Source of the DNA: Actinomycetota bacterium
GTDB lineage: Bacteria > Actinomycetota > Acidimicrobiia > Spongiisociales > ZC4RG35
NCBI GenBank assembly: GCA_052390035.1
Contig: JBQTHI010000007.1
Coordinates: 8,430 to 72,429, forward strand
Direction of reading: 5' to 3'
DNA: 64,000 nucleotides
Part shown: positions 39,376 to 49,754 of the stretch, one piece after another
Layout of the letters: every line of letters begins with the position of its first letter
Numbering within the stretch: the first letter of the stretch is position 1
Made by a program: the position numbers and the translations under genes
The notes under the pieces: generated by a model
What the model was told of the DNA's origin: nothing
Database searches by the model: none
Seen by the model: only the letters and a program-made list of their open reading frames with translations

Positions 39376-40347
39376 CTGGTCCAACAACTCCGTGACGGCA
39401 TTGACGGCCTGCTCGGCTGATCCCCGGAAGGTGAACCCGGCGGCGTTGTGATGACCTCCGCCACCCAGCGCCTGGGCGATGCCGCCTACATCGAACTCGC
39501 CGCGGGAGCGCAGACTCCCTTTGAAGAGTCCATCGTCTTGCTCCTTGAGGAGAAGAGCCGCTTCGGCTTCGATCGGCAGCCGGACCAGGTCGATCAATGG
39601 ATCGGTATCGGCGAGGCCGAGTCCCGCCCGTTCGAGGTCTCCCCGGTAGAGGACTGTCCACACGAGCTTTCTCGGCTCGTCGAGGATCGCCCGTTTCAAC
39701 ACTGCTCCGGCCACTTCGAGGTACCCAAACGGGGTCTCGTCGTAGATGTGACGTCCGATGACATCGGGGCGGGCTCCGGCGTCGACTAGATCGGCAGCGA
39801 GTCGGAGTGTTTCGGGTCGGGTGTTGGAGTATTGAAAACGTCCCGTGTCGGTGACCAATCCAGTCAGGAGGCAGGTAGCAACCCGAACGTCGACAGTCCA
39901 TCCCGCCGCCCCGATGAGCAAATGGGCGATCTCGGCGGTGGCCGCGGCGTTGGCATCGATCAGGTTGAGGTGGCCGAAGCCATCGGAGCCCGCGCCATGA
40001 TGATCCACCACGATCAGCGTCTTGGCCCTGGTAGCGGGGCCGCCAAGTCCGCCCAGACGTTCGATATTGCCGCTGTCGAAGCTGACCATCACCTCGGGCT
40101 CTTCCGGGATCTGACTCGGAGGCACCAATAGGTCGGTGGGTAGAAAGCGATAGTTCGGGGTCGTGCCGAAGGGGGGCCCAAAGCTGGGCAAGACCTTCTT
40201 CCCCGCCTGAGATCCGGCATAGGCAACCGCCAACATGCTGCCTAACGCGTCGCCATCGGGTCCCACGTGACATGCCATAACGATCTCGTTCGCCTCGGCC
40301 AATATCCGGCCGGCCGGGATCAGGTCGGGGAAGGAGTCACTCTTCAT
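39373..40347 (-). CDS. nrnA: DHH-family phosphoesterase NrnA-like (bifunctional oligoribonuclease/pAp phosphatase)
   Basis: DHH motifs (HVGPDGDALGS, VVDHH) and DHHA1 GGGH motif near the C-terminus. Start set at MKSDSF... to minimise overlap with rbfA. Confidence 0.75.
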   Translation of the reverse strand: MKSDSFPDLIPAGRILAEANEIVMACHVGPDGDALGSMLAVAYAGSQAGKKVLPSFGPPFGTTPNYRFLPTDLLVPPSQIPEEPEVMVSFDSGNIERLGGLGGPATRAKTLIVVDHHGAGSDGFGHLNLIDANAAATAEIAHLLIGAAGWTVDVRVATCLLTGLVTDTGRFQYSNTRPETLRLAADLVDAGARPDVIGRHIYDETPFGYLEVAGAVLKRAILDEPRKLVWTVLYRGDLERAGLGLADTDPLIDLVRLPIEAEAALLLKEQDDGLFKGSLRSRGEFDVGGIAQALGGGGHHNAAGFTFRGSAEQAVNAVTELLDQ

Positions 40348-40744
40348 GATCGGGAGCGGGTTCCGGTTGATGTGTCTCCGCATGGTGAAGGCTTCGCAGC
40401 AGGGCGTCGATTCGTTCCCCCTCCACGACGCCACGGTCAGGGCGGAACTCGAGCTCGGGGGTGTACTTGATCCGCACTTGCCGTCCAACGGCGGCGCGGA
40501 GCCGGGGGGTAGCCGCCCTCAGGCCACGGATCGTGTCGTCGAGATGTTCGCGGTCGAGCGCCGAAACGAAGACCACCGCATGGCGCATGTCGGCTGTCAC
40601 CTCAACCCCTGTCACCGAGACCAACCCCAGCCGGGGATCGGTCAGTTGCTCGACCTCGTCAGCCAGCACCTCTTTCACGATGGCGTTGATGCGCCGGGAG
40701 CGAGGGTACGAGGGTTTGCTCATGCTCAACCTCCATCTGGCCAA
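40337..40744 (-). CDS. rbfA: Ribosome-binding factor A
   Basis: RRINAIVKEVLADEVEQLTDPRLGLVSVTGVEVTADMRHAVVFVS is the RbfA KH-like domain pattern; start may be the internal MSKPSY (40723). Confidence 0.85.
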   Translation of the reverse strand: MARWRLSMSKPSYPRSRRINAIVKEVLADEVEQLTDPRLGLVSVTGVEVTADMRHAVVFVSALDREHLDDTIRGLRAATPRLRAAVGRQVRIKYTPELEFRPDRGVVEGERIDALLRSLHHAETHQPEPAPDHEE

Positions 40745-41028
40745 CCTCCATCTGCAGGTTCTTCCAAGTAGTAGAGGCCGACCTCACAGATCTCGATCTC
40801 CAAGTACTCATCAACGTAGCGGCGAATCCGGTCAATTAGCGTCTGCAGGCGGCCGCCGTCGGGGGCTACCACCGCCACTCCGAGGGTTGCTCGCTGCCAC
40901 GACTCGTGGTGCCCGACTTCGGATACGCTCACCGACACCTGGCGGCGCAGGCCTTCAACCAGAGGCCTGAGAACCGATCGCTTCTCCTTGAGGGAATGCG
41001 ACTGAGGGAGGAACAGCTCAAGACGCAT
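40726..41028 (-). CDS. DUF503 (YlxP-like) protein
   Basis: MRLELFLPQSHSLKEKRSVLRPL... is the characteristic DUF503 N-terminus; conserved position between infB and rbfA. Confidence 0.75.
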   Translation of the reverse strand: MRLELFLPQSHSLKEKRSVLRPLVEGLRRQVSVSVSEVGHHESWQRATLGVAVVAPDGGRLQTLIDRIRRYVDEYLEIEICEVGLYYLEEPADGGWPDGG

Positions 41029-41042
41029 CGCGGCCGCCCGCA

Positions 41043-43076
41043 TCAGCCGCGGGCGACCTCTTTGACCTGGTAGGCCTCGATCAGATCGCCCTCTTTAACG
41101 TCGTTGTAGCCGGCGAGACCGATCCCGCATTCGAAACCAACGGCGACGCTTCTGACATCGTCTTTGAATCGACGCAGCGAGGAGATCGTGCCGTCAAAGA
41201 TGACCACGCCGTCTCGAATCAGCCGCGACCGGGCATTGCGGACCATCTCTCCCTCTGTGACGTAACAGCCGGCCACCGTTCCGACCCTCGGAACCTTGAA
41301 AATCGCCCGCACTTCAGCCGTGCCCAGAACGGCCTCGACTTCCTCGGGAGCGAGCCTGCCGACCAGCATCACCTCGAGTTCTTCAAGCAGCTCGTAAATG
41401 ACTCCGTAGGTGCGGATTTCTGTCGCTTTCTCTTCGGCCAGCCGACGGGTCTTCCCGTCTGGGCGAACGTTGAATCCGATGATTACAGCCTCGGTCACCT
41501 CGGCCAGCTTGACGTCGTTTTCGTTGATACCGCCGACCGCTCCATGCATGACTTCGATCCGTCCCCCCTCACGCTTGATCTTGCCGATCGACTCGCGGAT
41601 CGCCTCGAGTGAACCGTGGGCATCAGCCTTGATGATCACCCGCAACTCCGCCTCATCGGCGCGGAGCTGTTCGAGCAGGTTCGCCAATCGCTCCCGGGCG
41701 GTGGCCGGCGTACTGAGGAGGGCGTCACGGTCCTCTCGTTCACGCTCCTCGGCGAGAAGGCGAGCTTCTCGATCGGAAGGCGCCACCGTGAAGGGATCGC
41801 CGGCGGTGGGCAACTCCGACCAGCCCATGATCAATGCCGGCGTGGAGGGAGGCGCCTCTGGTAGCCGTTGCCCCTTCCAATCCATCATCGCCCGAACCCG
41901 ACCGGCCACGGGCCCCGCCACCACAGCGTCTCCGGTGTGAAGGGTGCCTCTCTGCACGATGACAGTGGCAGTCGGCCCCATACCCGGATCGAGCTGAGAC
42001 TCGATCACCACCCCCGAGGCCGAAGGTTTCGGATTGGCCTGGAAATTCTTGAGCTGGGCAACCAGATCTATTACCTCGAGCAGCTGGTCGACGCCTTGGC
42101 CGGTAAGGGCGGAAACTTCGACCGCCGGCACCTCTCCACCGAGGTCCTCAGTGATCACATCGAACTCCGTCAGCATTGTTCTAACTCGGAGGGGGTCGGC
42201 TCCAGGCAAGTCGATCTTGTTGATGGCAATGATCAATTCGACTGCGGCTGCCCTGGAATGCGAGATGGCCTCAATGGTCTGGGGCATCACACCATCGTTG
42301 GCGGCAACCACCAGAACGACGATGTCGGTGATCTCCGCCCCACGAGCGCGCAGCGATGTGAAGGCCTCGTGACCGGGGGTGTCGATAAACGTGATCAGGC
42401 TGTCGCCGACCTCCACTTGATAGGCACCAATGTGCTGGGTGATCCCGCCCTGCTCGGCGGCCACGACGTTGGTCTTACGGATCGTGTCGAGCAGCGTCGT
42501 CTTACCGTGGTCGACGTGGCCCATGATGGTGACGACTGGTGGGCGGGGACGCAGATCACCGGGAGCGTCCTCGAAAACGCGGCGGGGTTTGACCTTAGGA
42601 GTGGGCGGCGGTGGAGTTTCGACCTCCACCATCACCCCGAACAACTCGGCTACCGAATCGAGGTGCTCGGCCGGCATCGGCGCTCCGGCGCCGACCAGGA
42701 CTCCCCTGCCCAGGAGAGCCTTGACAACGGCTGCCGGATTTTCGCCGAACGCCTCGGCAACTTCGGCGACGCTGGCTCCGGCCGGAACGTTCACCAGCCG
42801 GATTTCCCGATCCTCGGCCTTCTGTTCCTCCTCGGGCCGTATTATTTCACTCCGGTCTTCTTCAGACGGGGTCTCGGCCGGAACCGAGCCGTCCGCCACC
42901 GAGGTCGCGGGCGCCTTCGCCTCGGCCACCGCCAGCCTCACCAGGTCGGCGTCAGGGGCTTCAAGACTCGACGAGGCGGTTTTGGCTTCGAACCCCAGGC
43001 CATGAACCTGCTCCAAAAGGTCCTTCGATTCGAGACCCAGCTCCCGGGCCAGCTCGTAGATGCGGACCTTGGCCAC
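41043..43076 (-). CDS. infB: Translation initiation factor IF-2
   Basis: N-terminal [15 protein letters not shown]-domain [24 protein letters not shown]; 677 aa. Confidence 0.92.
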   Translation of the reverse strand: MAKVRIYELARELGLESKDLLEQVHGLGFEAKTASSSLEAPDADLVRLAVAEAKAPATSVADGSVPAETPSEEDRSEIIRPEEEQKAEDREIRLVNVPAGASVAEVAEAFGENPAAVVKALLGRGVLVGAGAPMPAEHLDSVAELFGVMVEVETPPPPTPKVKPRRVFEDAPGDLRPRPPVVTIMGHVDHGKTTLLDTIRKTNVVAAEQGGITQHIGAYQVEVGDSLITFIDTPGHEAFTSLRARGAEITDIVVLVVAANDGVMPQTIEAISHSRAAAVELIIAINKIDLPGADPLRVRTMLTEFDVITEDLGGEVPAVEVSALTGQGVDQLLEVIDLVAQLKNFQANPKPSASGVVIESQLDPGMGPTATVIVQRGTLHTGDAVVAGPVAGRVRAMMDWKGQRLPEAPPSTPALIMGWSELPTAGDPFTVAPSDREARLLAEEREREDRDALLSTPATARERLANLLEQLRADEAELRVIIKADAHGSLEAIRESIGKIKREGGRIEVMHGAVGGINENDVKLAEVTEAVIIGFNVRPDGKTRRLAEEKATEIRTYGVIYELLEELEVMLVGRLAPEEVEAVLGTAEVRAIFKVPRVGTVAGCYVTEGEMVRNARSRLIRDGVVIFDGTISSLRRFKDDVRSVAVGFECGIGLAGYNDVKEGDLIEAYQVKEVARG

Positions 43077-44201
43077 TCAGTCACCCTCTCCGGCCTCGGT
43101 CTCAATGGCCTCAATGGCCTCAATGGCCTCGGTGGCCTCGGTGGCCTCGGTGGCCTCGGTGGCCTCGGTGGCCTCGATCTGGGTGGCGCCTATTGCTTCC
43201 GCTGGTTCGGGCGCCTTGGCGGCCATGTCCTCGGGGATGCGATCGGACCGAATATCGACCTTGAAGCCGGAGAGCCGGGCCGCCAACCGGGCGTTTTGAC
43301 CCTCTTTGCCGATTGCGAGAGACAGCTGGTGGTCGCTCACTATCACCTCGGCCACCTTGTTGGCTTCGTCGACCCGCACCTCCTTGACCTTGGCCGGACC
43401 GAGGGCCTCGGCGATGAACTGGCCGGTGTTCTCCCGCCACTGGACCACATCGACCTTCTCCCCCCGTAACTCGTTTACAACCTGGCGGACCCGCGAACCA
43501 CGGGCCCCCACACAGGCACCCTTCGGATCGACATTCGGATCATGTGACACCACAGCGATTTTGGTGCGATGCCCCGGCTCGCGAGCTATGGCGACGATTT
43601 CCACGGTACCGTCGGCCAGCTCCGGAACCTCGAGTTCGAGGAGCCGACGAACCAAATCGGGATGGCTACGGCTAACGACGATTTGTGGACCTTTGGTCTC
43701 GTTGCGGACTTCGAGAATTAATGCCTTGACCCGGTTGCCCCGATCGAGCCGTTCGTAAGGGATGCGCTCGGACCCCGGAAGGATCGCCTCGGCATCGCCT
43801 AAGTCGAGGATGGTGAAACGACCATCGACCTGCTGGACGATTCCCGTGATTAGATCGCCCTCCCGTCCGGCATACACATCGAAGACCTGCTCGCGCTTGG
43901 CATCTCGTAGCCGCTGCTGGATCACTTGCTTCGCCGTCTGGGCGGCAATGCGCCCGAAGTCATCGGGGGTGTCTTCCCATTCTTTGGTGACATTGCCGTC
44001 GTCGTCGAGGTCCTGGGCGTAAACAATGATCTCGCCGGTATCAGGGTCGATCGTGACTCTCGCCTCCTCGGCCGCCCCCCGGCTCCGTTTGTAGGCCGAC
44101 ACCAGGGCGTTGGCAAGGGCGTCGAGGATGGCGTCAACCGATACACCTCTTTCCCTCTCGAGGACTTCGAGGGCGTCCATGACCGCTGAATCGATCTTCA
44201 T
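43077..44201 (-). CDS. nusA: Transcription termination/antitermination factor NusA with EAT/EAI tripeptide-repeat C-terminal tail
   Basis: N-terminal domain, S1 and two KH domains recognisable (GIVQQVDGRFTILDLG; IAREPGHRTKIAVVS; GKEGQNARLAARLSG). Tail ...EATEATEATEATEAIEAIEAIETEAGEGD. The stop codon directly abuts the infB start. Confidence 0.9.
   Translation of the reverse strand: MKIDSAVMDALEVLERERGVSVDAILDALANALVSAYKRSRGAAEEARVTIDPDTGEIIVYAQDLDDDGNVTKEWEDTPDDFGRIAAQTAKQVIQQRLRDAKREQVFDVYAGREGDLITGIVQQVDGRFTILDLGDAEAILPGSERIPYERLDRGNRVKALILEVRNETKGPQIVVSRSHPDLVRRLLELEVPELADGTVEIVAIAREPGHRTKIAVVSHDPNVDPKGACVGARGSRVRQVVNELRGEKVDVVQWRENTGQFIAEALGPAKVKEVRVDEANKVAEVIVSDHQLSLAIGKEGQNARLAARLSGFKVDIRSDRIPEDMAAKAPEPAEAIGATQIEATEATEATEATEATEAIEAIEAIETEAGEGD
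43092..43178. repeat. ~9.5 tandem copies of a 9-bp unit GGCCTC(A/G)(A/G)T inside the nusA 3' end (encodes EAT/EAI repeats)
   Basis: ggcctcggt ctcaat ggcctcaat ggcctcaat ggcctcggt x5 ggcctcgat read directly from the sequence. Confidence 0.65.
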
Positions 44202-44734
44202 TGCGTGCTCTCGGATTTGTTAGGCCCTCCCGGTTTGCTGGGACGCTCCCAGCGGAAAAGGGTCCGGGCGGAAACAACATCGCGGTACGAGATGGCTTCC
44301 GGCAAGCCCTGGTCAGATTTGACCGAAAAGCCGTCGTCGTCGGCGGCGTCGAGCAGCCCGCGAACGGTGCGGGAGGTGGTCTTGACCACAACTTCGCGCC
44401 CAACCGACTTCAGGTATTGCGATGGACGGGTGAGCTTTCTCTCCAGCCCGGGTGAGCTCACCTCCAGCTGATAGGGCCCGTCAAGGCGGGTCGAGGCATC
44501 GAGAAGTCGGGAAAGCCCGCGGGACACCTCGGCGATCCGATCGAGGTCTACTCCCCCGTCCCCATCGATAACCACTCGAAGGGTGCGTCCCGGCCCGCGA
44601 CCGATGAGCTCGAGATCGTCAAGCTCGAGTGCCTCGGCCGCCAGGTACGGCTCTACAACATCCCAAATCTGGTTCACGGTGCCCTTGTTTTCGATGTCCA
44701 TTCGCAACAAAAAAGAGATGGGCAGGGCGCCCAC
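44198..44734 (-). CDS. rimP: Ribosome maturation factor RimP
   Basis: RimP N-terminal domain pattern (...VEPYLAAEALELDDLELIG...LRVVIDGDGGVDLDRIAEVSRGLSRLLD...LEVSSPGLERKL); stop overlaps the nusA start (ATGA). Start may be the internal MDIENKG (44701). Confidence 0.8.
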   Translation of the reverse strand: MGALPISFLLRMDIENKGTVNQIWDVVEPYLAAEALELDDLELIGRGPGRTLRVVIDGDGGVDLDRIAEVSRGLSRLLDASTRLDGPYQLEVSSPGLERKLTRPSQYLKSVGREVVVKTTSRTVRGLLDAADDDGFSVKSDQGLPEAISYRDVVSARTLFRWERPSKPGGPNKSESTQ

Positions 44735-44761
44735 CTCTCCAGAAAGCGTCCTTAACTTGCT

Positions 44762-44782
44762 GGACCGGATTATAACCGGTCC
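44762..44782 (-). promoter_or_regulatory. Candidate -10 element (TTATAAT) embedded in a 7-bp-stem hairpin ~40 nt upstream of rimP
   Basis: Minus-strand reading GGACCGG-TTATAAT-CCGGTCC; AT-rich hexamer in an otherwise GC-rich intergenic region preceding the rimP-nusA-infB operon. Confidence 0.3.
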
Positions 44783-44804
44783 GGGTCCTGACCGACCTCA
44801 ACCG

Positions 44805-45884
44805 CTAACTGTGGGTCGCCCGGAAATCATCCATAAAGGCCGCAAGGGCCTCGACCGATGCCATCGGAAGGGCCGCGTAGAGGCTGGCCCGGCATCCACC
44901 GACGCTTCGGTGACCTTTGAGCCCGATCATGTGAGCGGCCTCCGCTTCTTTGACAAAGAGCATTTCAAGGCTTTCGTGGGGGAGGCGGAAGACGACATTC
45001 ATGTGTGACCGCACCCTCCGGTCGACCGGATTCCGGTAATAGCCGTCGCTCTCATCGATCTTCTGGTAGATCAGGCCCGCCTTCATCGCTGCCGTCTGTT
45101 CTAGGGCCTTGACCCCGCCGTTGGCCTTCATCAACGCCAGCACCTTTCCCATCAAATAGATCGGGAACATCGGAGGGGTATGGCCAAGGGAGTTGTTGTC
45201 GGCGTGCCATCGGTATCGAAGAAAGGACCCGAGGTCTGTCCTGGCCGACTCGAGCGCCGATCGGCGGGCGAACACGACAGCCATTCCGGCCGGCGCCAAG
45301 TTCTTCTGCACCCCGCCGTATACCAGGTCGTAACGATCCCAGTCGATCGGCCGGGCCAGATAGTCACTCGACATATCGGCCACCAACCGCACCGAAGTGT
45401 CTGGCAGATCGACCAACCGGATGCCGCCAATAGTCTCGTTGGTGGTTATGTGTAAATAGCGTGTCCCCTCCTCGAGGCGGACCTCACCCGAAGCGGGCAT
45501 GGTGGAGTACGCCGAACCTTTGCCATCCCAGGCCGCATACACATCGCCGTGTGGGGAGGCATCCTCCAGGGCCCGCTTGCCCCACGAGCCTGACACCAGG
45601 TATCCCCCTCGTTCGCCGGAATGAAGGAGATTCATGGCCACCATGGCGAACTGGAGCGTGGCTCCACCCTGAATGAATATGACCTCGAAGTCGGCGGGGG
45701 CCTCCGCCACCTCCCGGGCCAGCGAGACCGTCCGGTTGTGAACCGCTTCATACTCCGGAGAGCGATGCGACATTTCGAGAAGCGACATGCCGCTACCGCC
45801 AAACTCGACGAGTTCGGCCTGCGCCTCCTCGAGGACCTCGAGCGGGAGGGTGCACGGCCCGGCACCGAAATTGTGAGCTCGCAT
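44805..45884 (-). CDS. serC: Phosphoserine aminotransferase
   Basis: NFGAGPCTLP N-terminus, PLP-lysine region (GGVQKNLAPAG), full-length class-V aminotransferase (SerC) pattern; 359 aa. Confidence 0.88.
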   Translation of the reverse strand: MRAHNFGAGPCTLPLEVLEEAQAELVEFGGSGMSLLEMSHRSPEYEAVHNRTVSLAREVAEAPADFEVIFIQGGATLQFAMVAMNLLHSGERGGYLVSGSWGKRALEDASPHGDVYAAWDGKGSAYSTMPASGEVRLEEGTRYLHITTNETIGGIRLVDLPDTSVRLVADMSSDYLARPIDWDRYDLVYGGVQKNLAPAGMAVVFARRSALESARTDLGSFLRYRWHADNNSLGHTPPMFPIYLMGKVLALMKANGGVKALEQTAAMKAGLIYQKIDESDGYYRNPVDRRVRSHMNVVFRLPHESLEMLFVKEAEAAHMIGLKGHRSVGGCRASLYAALPMASVEALAAFMDDFRATHS

Positions 45885-45927
45885 CGCGCCAACCTAGCCG
45901 CAGCTCATCAGAGCTACGGTTCGGGGC

Positions 45928-46719
45928 ATGGATCAGACGGCAAAGGTGGAAGTCACCCGCTTCGACGGGAACAGCGCATCCTCGCTCTTTGACTCCGTTG
46001 TGGTCGAAGAGCCGATGGAAATCCGCCTCGAGTCGGTTCCCTTGGCGGTCCTGATGCGAACCCCAGGGGGCGAGAAGGACCTGGTGACTGGCTTTGCCAT
46101 CACCGAAGGCATCGTGGTTTCGCCCAACGAAGTCTTCGACGTGGTCAGGGAAGGCGAAGGCGAGCGCTACACCCTCAAGCTGGCGCCGGGGGTCAATGTC
46201 GATCCCGAGCAGTTCAGACGCAACGCCTACACCACCTCCAGTTGTGGGGTCTGTGGCAAAGCCTCGATCGACGCGGTGCTCGTCGCCGCCCGGACCCTGC
46301 CCATCGGGCCGGTGGTAGATGCAGGTCTCATTCTCGGGCTTCCCGAACGGCTCCGCTCCGCCCAACCAACCTTTGCCACGACCGGCGGGCTTCACGGAGC
46401 GGCGATCTTCGCCGCAGGTGGCGAGTTGCTGGCGAGTGCTGAGGACGTGGGCCGCCACAACGCCACCGATAAGGTGATCGGCCGGGTGGCCACAGAGCGC
46501 TGGCCTATCGGCGAGTCCATCCTCATGGTCTCCGGGCGGGTCTCGTTTGAAATCACCCAGAAGGCGGCCGTGGCGGGGATCCCGATCGTATGTGGGGTCT
46601 CAGCCGCGTCGTCACTGGCGGTCAGCCTCGCTCGCGACTCGGCGATGACCCTGATCGGGTTTGTACGCGGGGAAGGCATGGTCCTCTACACCGACGCCGG
46701 CCGGATCAAGCACGATTGA
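45928..46719 (+). CDS. fdhD: Formate dehydrogenase accessory sulfurtransferase FdhD
   Basis: SSCGVCGKASID catalytic-cysteine motif and GGLHGAAIF, GRHNATDK motifs; no formate dehydrogenase structural gene nearby. Confidence 0.85.
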   Translation: MDQTAKVEVTRFDGNSASSLFDSVVVEEPMEIRLESVPLAVLMRTPGGEKDLVTGFAITEGIVVSPNEVFDVVREGEGERYTLKLAPGVNVDPEQFRRNAYTTSSCGVCGKASIDAVLVAARTLPIGPVVDAGLILGLPERLRSAQPTFATTGGLHGAAIFAAGGELLASAEDVGRHNATDKVIGRVATERWPIGESILMVSGRVSFEITQKAAVAGIPIVCGVSAASSLAVSLARDSAMTLIGFVRGEGMVLYTDAGRIKHD

Positions 46720-46731
46720 CGGGTGGAGTGT

Positions 46732-48459
46732 CTACCCGGCCGGCATCCTCCGCTGGCTGAGCACGCGTTCGGTTATGAGATCGACCACTTCGTTCACCGG
46801 TGACTCCTCGGCGGTGGATCCAGCCCTCGTGACCAATTCCAGTCTCCCATTGGCCAGCGTCTTGGGACCGACGGTGAGCCGCAGCGGAATTCCGATCAGC
46901 TCCCCATCGGCGAATTTCACCCCGGGTCGCTCGTCCCGATCGTCCAGGATGACCTCGATTCCTCGGGTCGCCAACTTCTCATAGACCGATTCGCCGACCG
47001 ACATGGTGGCCGGATCGTCGACTCGAAGCACGGTGACCAGCACCTCATAAGGTGCGACCGACATCGGCCACACGATCCCCCGCTCGTCATGGGAAGACTC
47101 CACCACGGCCGCCATCGCCCGTTCCAGACCAATGCCGTACGAGCCCATCACGATGGGGTGGGAAGCGCCGTTTTCGTCCTGGACATAGGCGCCCATCACC
47201 TCGGAATACCCGGTGCCGAGCTTGAAAATGTGGCCCACTTCGATGCCCTTCCACATTTGGAGCGGCGCCCCACAGCGAGGGCAAGGCTCTCCTTGGCGGA
47301 CCGATCGTAGGGCTGCCCACCGCCCCACCTTCAGGTCGCGTTCGACATCGACGCCACGCAGGTGCCAGTCGTCGCGATTGGCGCCGGTGACCATGTTGGT
47401 CCGGCCACGAAGATCGAGGTCGGCGATAACCGGCAGATGTTCGACTCCGACCGCCCCCAGACTCCCCGGCAATGCCCCGAGTGCTTCCCTGATCTCGGCC
47501 GCCTGGGCCGGCCTCAGGTCGGCGGTGCCGGTGGTGTCGATCAGCTTTTGCTCCAGCAACTCATGATCGCCCCGAACTATCACTAGGGTCAGTTCACCTC
47601 TTATGACGTAGACGAGGGTCTTGAGCTGACGCTCGGGAGCGGCGAAGTCACCAAACGCCCCGGCCAGTGCCGCGATCGTCCTGATTCCGGGGGTGGGGAA
47701 CTCCGTGGGCATGGCCGGGCTCGCTCCATCCTCGATCGGGGGCAGTTTCGATATCGCCTTCTCCAGGTTGGCCCGATAATCCCCGTTCGGACAGGTGACT
47801 ATCCAATCTTCACCTGCGGGGCTTTGCACTATGAACTCGACCGACTCGGTGCCACCCATTGCCCCGGACGAGGCTTCGACATCAACCGCGTTCAATCCCA
47901 TCCGGGCGAAGATCCTCACATAGGCGCCATGCTGGCGGTCGAAGGCCACGTCGAGGCCGTCGGTGTCGATGTCGAGGGTGTAGGCATCCTTCATTGTGAA
48001 CTCGCGGACCCGCAGCACCCCCGACTTTGGTCGCGGTTCGTCGCGGAACTTGGTCTGGATCTGGTACCAGACCTGGGGGAGGTCCCGATATGACGGCAGC
48101 TCGGTAGCGAGGATGGCGAAGACCTCCTCGTGGGTCATCGCCAGGCAGTTGTCGGCTCCCTTGCGGTCTTTGAGCCGAAAAAGCTCCTCTCCCATCTTCT
48201 CCCACCGGCCGGACTTTTTCCAGATCTCGCCCGGATGGAGTGCAGGGAGGTGAAATTGCTGTCCACCCACGCGGTCCATCTCCTCGCGGATGATGCCGTC
48301 GATCTTCCGGCGAACCCGCTGGCCGAGAGGGAGCATCGAATAGTGGCCCGAGTGGAGTTGGCGGATGAACCCGCCCCTCACCAACAGCCGGTGGGAAACG
48401 GCCTCGGCTTCGGCGGGGTCGTCGCGGAGCGTCGGAATGAAGGCCTGTGACCATCGCAT
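46732..48459 (-). CDS. proS: Proline--tRNA ligase (bacterial type with editing domain)
   Basis: Class II aaRS motifs; collinear ProRS N-terminus (TLRDDPAEAEAVSHRLLVRGGFIRQL); 575 aa. Confidence 0.92.
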   Translation of the reverse strand: MRWSQAFIPTLRDDPAEAEAVSHRLLVRGGFIRQLHSGHYSMLPLGQRVRRKIDGIIREEMDRVGGQQFHLPALHPGEIWKKSGRWEKMGEELFRLKDRKGADNCLAMTHEEVFAILATELPSYRDLPQVWYQIQTKFRDEPRPKSGVLRVREFTMKDAYTLDIDTDGLDVAFDRQHGAYVRIFARMGLNAVDVEASSGAMGGTESVEFIVQSPAGEDWIVTCPNGDYRANLEKAISKLPPIEDGASPAMPTEFPTPGIRTIAALAGAFGDFAAPERQLKTLVYVIRGELTLVIVRGDHELLEQKLIDTTGTADLRPAQAAEIREALGALPGSLGAVGVEHLPVIADLDLRGRTNMVTGANRDDWHLRGVDVERDLKVGRWAALRSVRQGEPCPRCGAPLQMWKGIEVGHIFKLGTGYSEVMGAYVQDENGASHPIVMGSYGIGLERAMAAVVESSHDERGIVWPMSVAPYEVLVTVLRVDDPATMSVGESVYEKLATRGIEVILDDRDERPGVKFADGELIGIPLRLTVGPKTLANGRLELVTRAGSTAEESPVNEVVDLITERVLSQRRMPAG

Positions 48460-48521
48460 GGTGGCGGGGAGGGTACCGCGAGACTGGTTGGCTAAATGCC
48501 CGTCTGATCTCCGCTCGAAAC

Positions 48522-49727
48522 CTACCCCTGAGCCGTCTCGGCCACCTTGCGCCGTTTGATCTCGACCCGGTTGGCGTCGCCCTGGATCTGGATCAACTCC
48601 TCCCTCGTCGCCTCGGCGATGGCGGCGGCGTCCTTGTCGGCGGCGGCCAGGCGCGCCTCAACTCCTTCGGCCGCCAGTCGTCGAGCCTCCTCGACGAGAG
48701 CCGAAACCATGTCGGCCTCCGGCACCACCCGCACCACCTGGCCCTTGACGAACAAATGCCCCCTGCCTCGTCCAGCGGCTATTCCCAGATCGGCCTCTCT
48801 CGCCTCTCCCGGGCCGTTGACCACACAGCCCATCACTGCCACCTGAATCGGAAGCTTCTCCGCCTCCAATGCCTTCTGGGCGTCGCTGGCCACCTTGATG
48901 ACATCGACCTCGGCTCGCCCACAGGAAGGGCAGGCGATCAGGTCGAGGCCCTTCCGTTCGCGTAGACCTAGATATTCGAGCAGTTGGCGTCCGGCCTTGG
49001 CTTCCTCAACCGGGTCGGCGGTTAGGGAGAACCGAATCGTGTCGCCGATCCCCTCGAGCAGGAGAGTGGAGATCCCTGCCACCGACTTGATCAGTCCGCC
49101 CGGGAGCGGACCTGCCTCGGTGACCCCCAGGTGCATGGGGTATTCGACCCGTTCGGCGAGCAGCCGGTACGAGTCCACCATGTAGGGGACGTTGGAGTGT
49201 TTGACCGAGATCTTGATGTCGAAGAAATCGACCTCCTCGAGGTAGCGAACCTCGGTCAGGGCAGACTCGACCAGGGCCTCTGGTACCGGCGCTCCGAACC
49301 TCTCCAGTAGGTCCTTATCGAGTGAGCCGGCGTTGACTCCGATCCTGATCGGCACCCCACGAGCCTTGGCCTCCCTGGCCACCGATTTGATCTGTTCTTC
49401 TTTGCGGATGTTGCCGGGGTTGAGTCGAAGCCCCTCCACGCCCGCTTCGAGGGCGGCGAGGGCGAGGCGATACTGGTAGTGGATGTCGGCGATGATCGGA
49501 ACCGGGGAGCGGGGGACGATTTCGGCCAGGCCCTGGGCCGCTTCCACGTCATTACAAGTGATACGGACGATGTCGGCCCCTGCCCCTTTGAGGGCGTACA
49601 CCTGGGCGAGCGTGCCGTCGACGTCGGCGGTCTTGGTGGTGCACATCGACTGAACGCTGATCGGGGAACCTCCTCCAACGGGAACCGCGCCGACATGCAG
49701 CAGACGCGAGTTTCGACGGGCAATCAC
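48522..49727 (-). CDS. ispG: 4-hydroxy-3-methylbut-2-en-1-yl diphosphate synthase (flavodoxin)
   Basis: VGGGSPISVQSMCTT N-terminus; 4Fe-4S ligands CPSCGR...GCVVNGPGE. Confidence 0.92.
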   Translation of the reverse strand: MIARRNSRLLHVGAVPVGGGSPISVQSMCTTKTADVDGTLAQVYALKGAGADIVRITCNDVEAAQGLAEIVPRSPVPIIADIHYQYRLALAALEAGVEGLRLNPGNIRKEEQIKSVAREAKARGVPIRIGVNAGSLDKDLLERFGAPVPEALVESALTEVRYLEEVDFFDIKISVKHSNVPYMVDSYRLLAERVEYPMHLGVTEAGPLPGGLIKSVAGISTLLLEGIGDTIRFSLTADPVEEAKAGRQLLEYLGLRERKGLDLIACPSCGRAEVDVIKVASDAQKALEAEKLPIQVAVMGCVVNGPGEAREADLGIAAGRGRGHLFVKGQVVRVVPEADMVSALVEEARRLAAEGVEARLAAADKDAAAIAEATREELIQIQGDANRVEIKRRKVAETAQG

Positions 49728-49754
49728 CGCATCAAGGCTAAATGGCCGCAGCCG

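Noticed and set aside
38522-40273. 583-aa minus-strand ORF treated as one gene
   Set aside because: Only the C-terminal ~284 aa is TruB (GTG start at 39375). The N-terminal 300 aa is an Arg-rich shadow of the DHH phosphoesterase gene in another frame.
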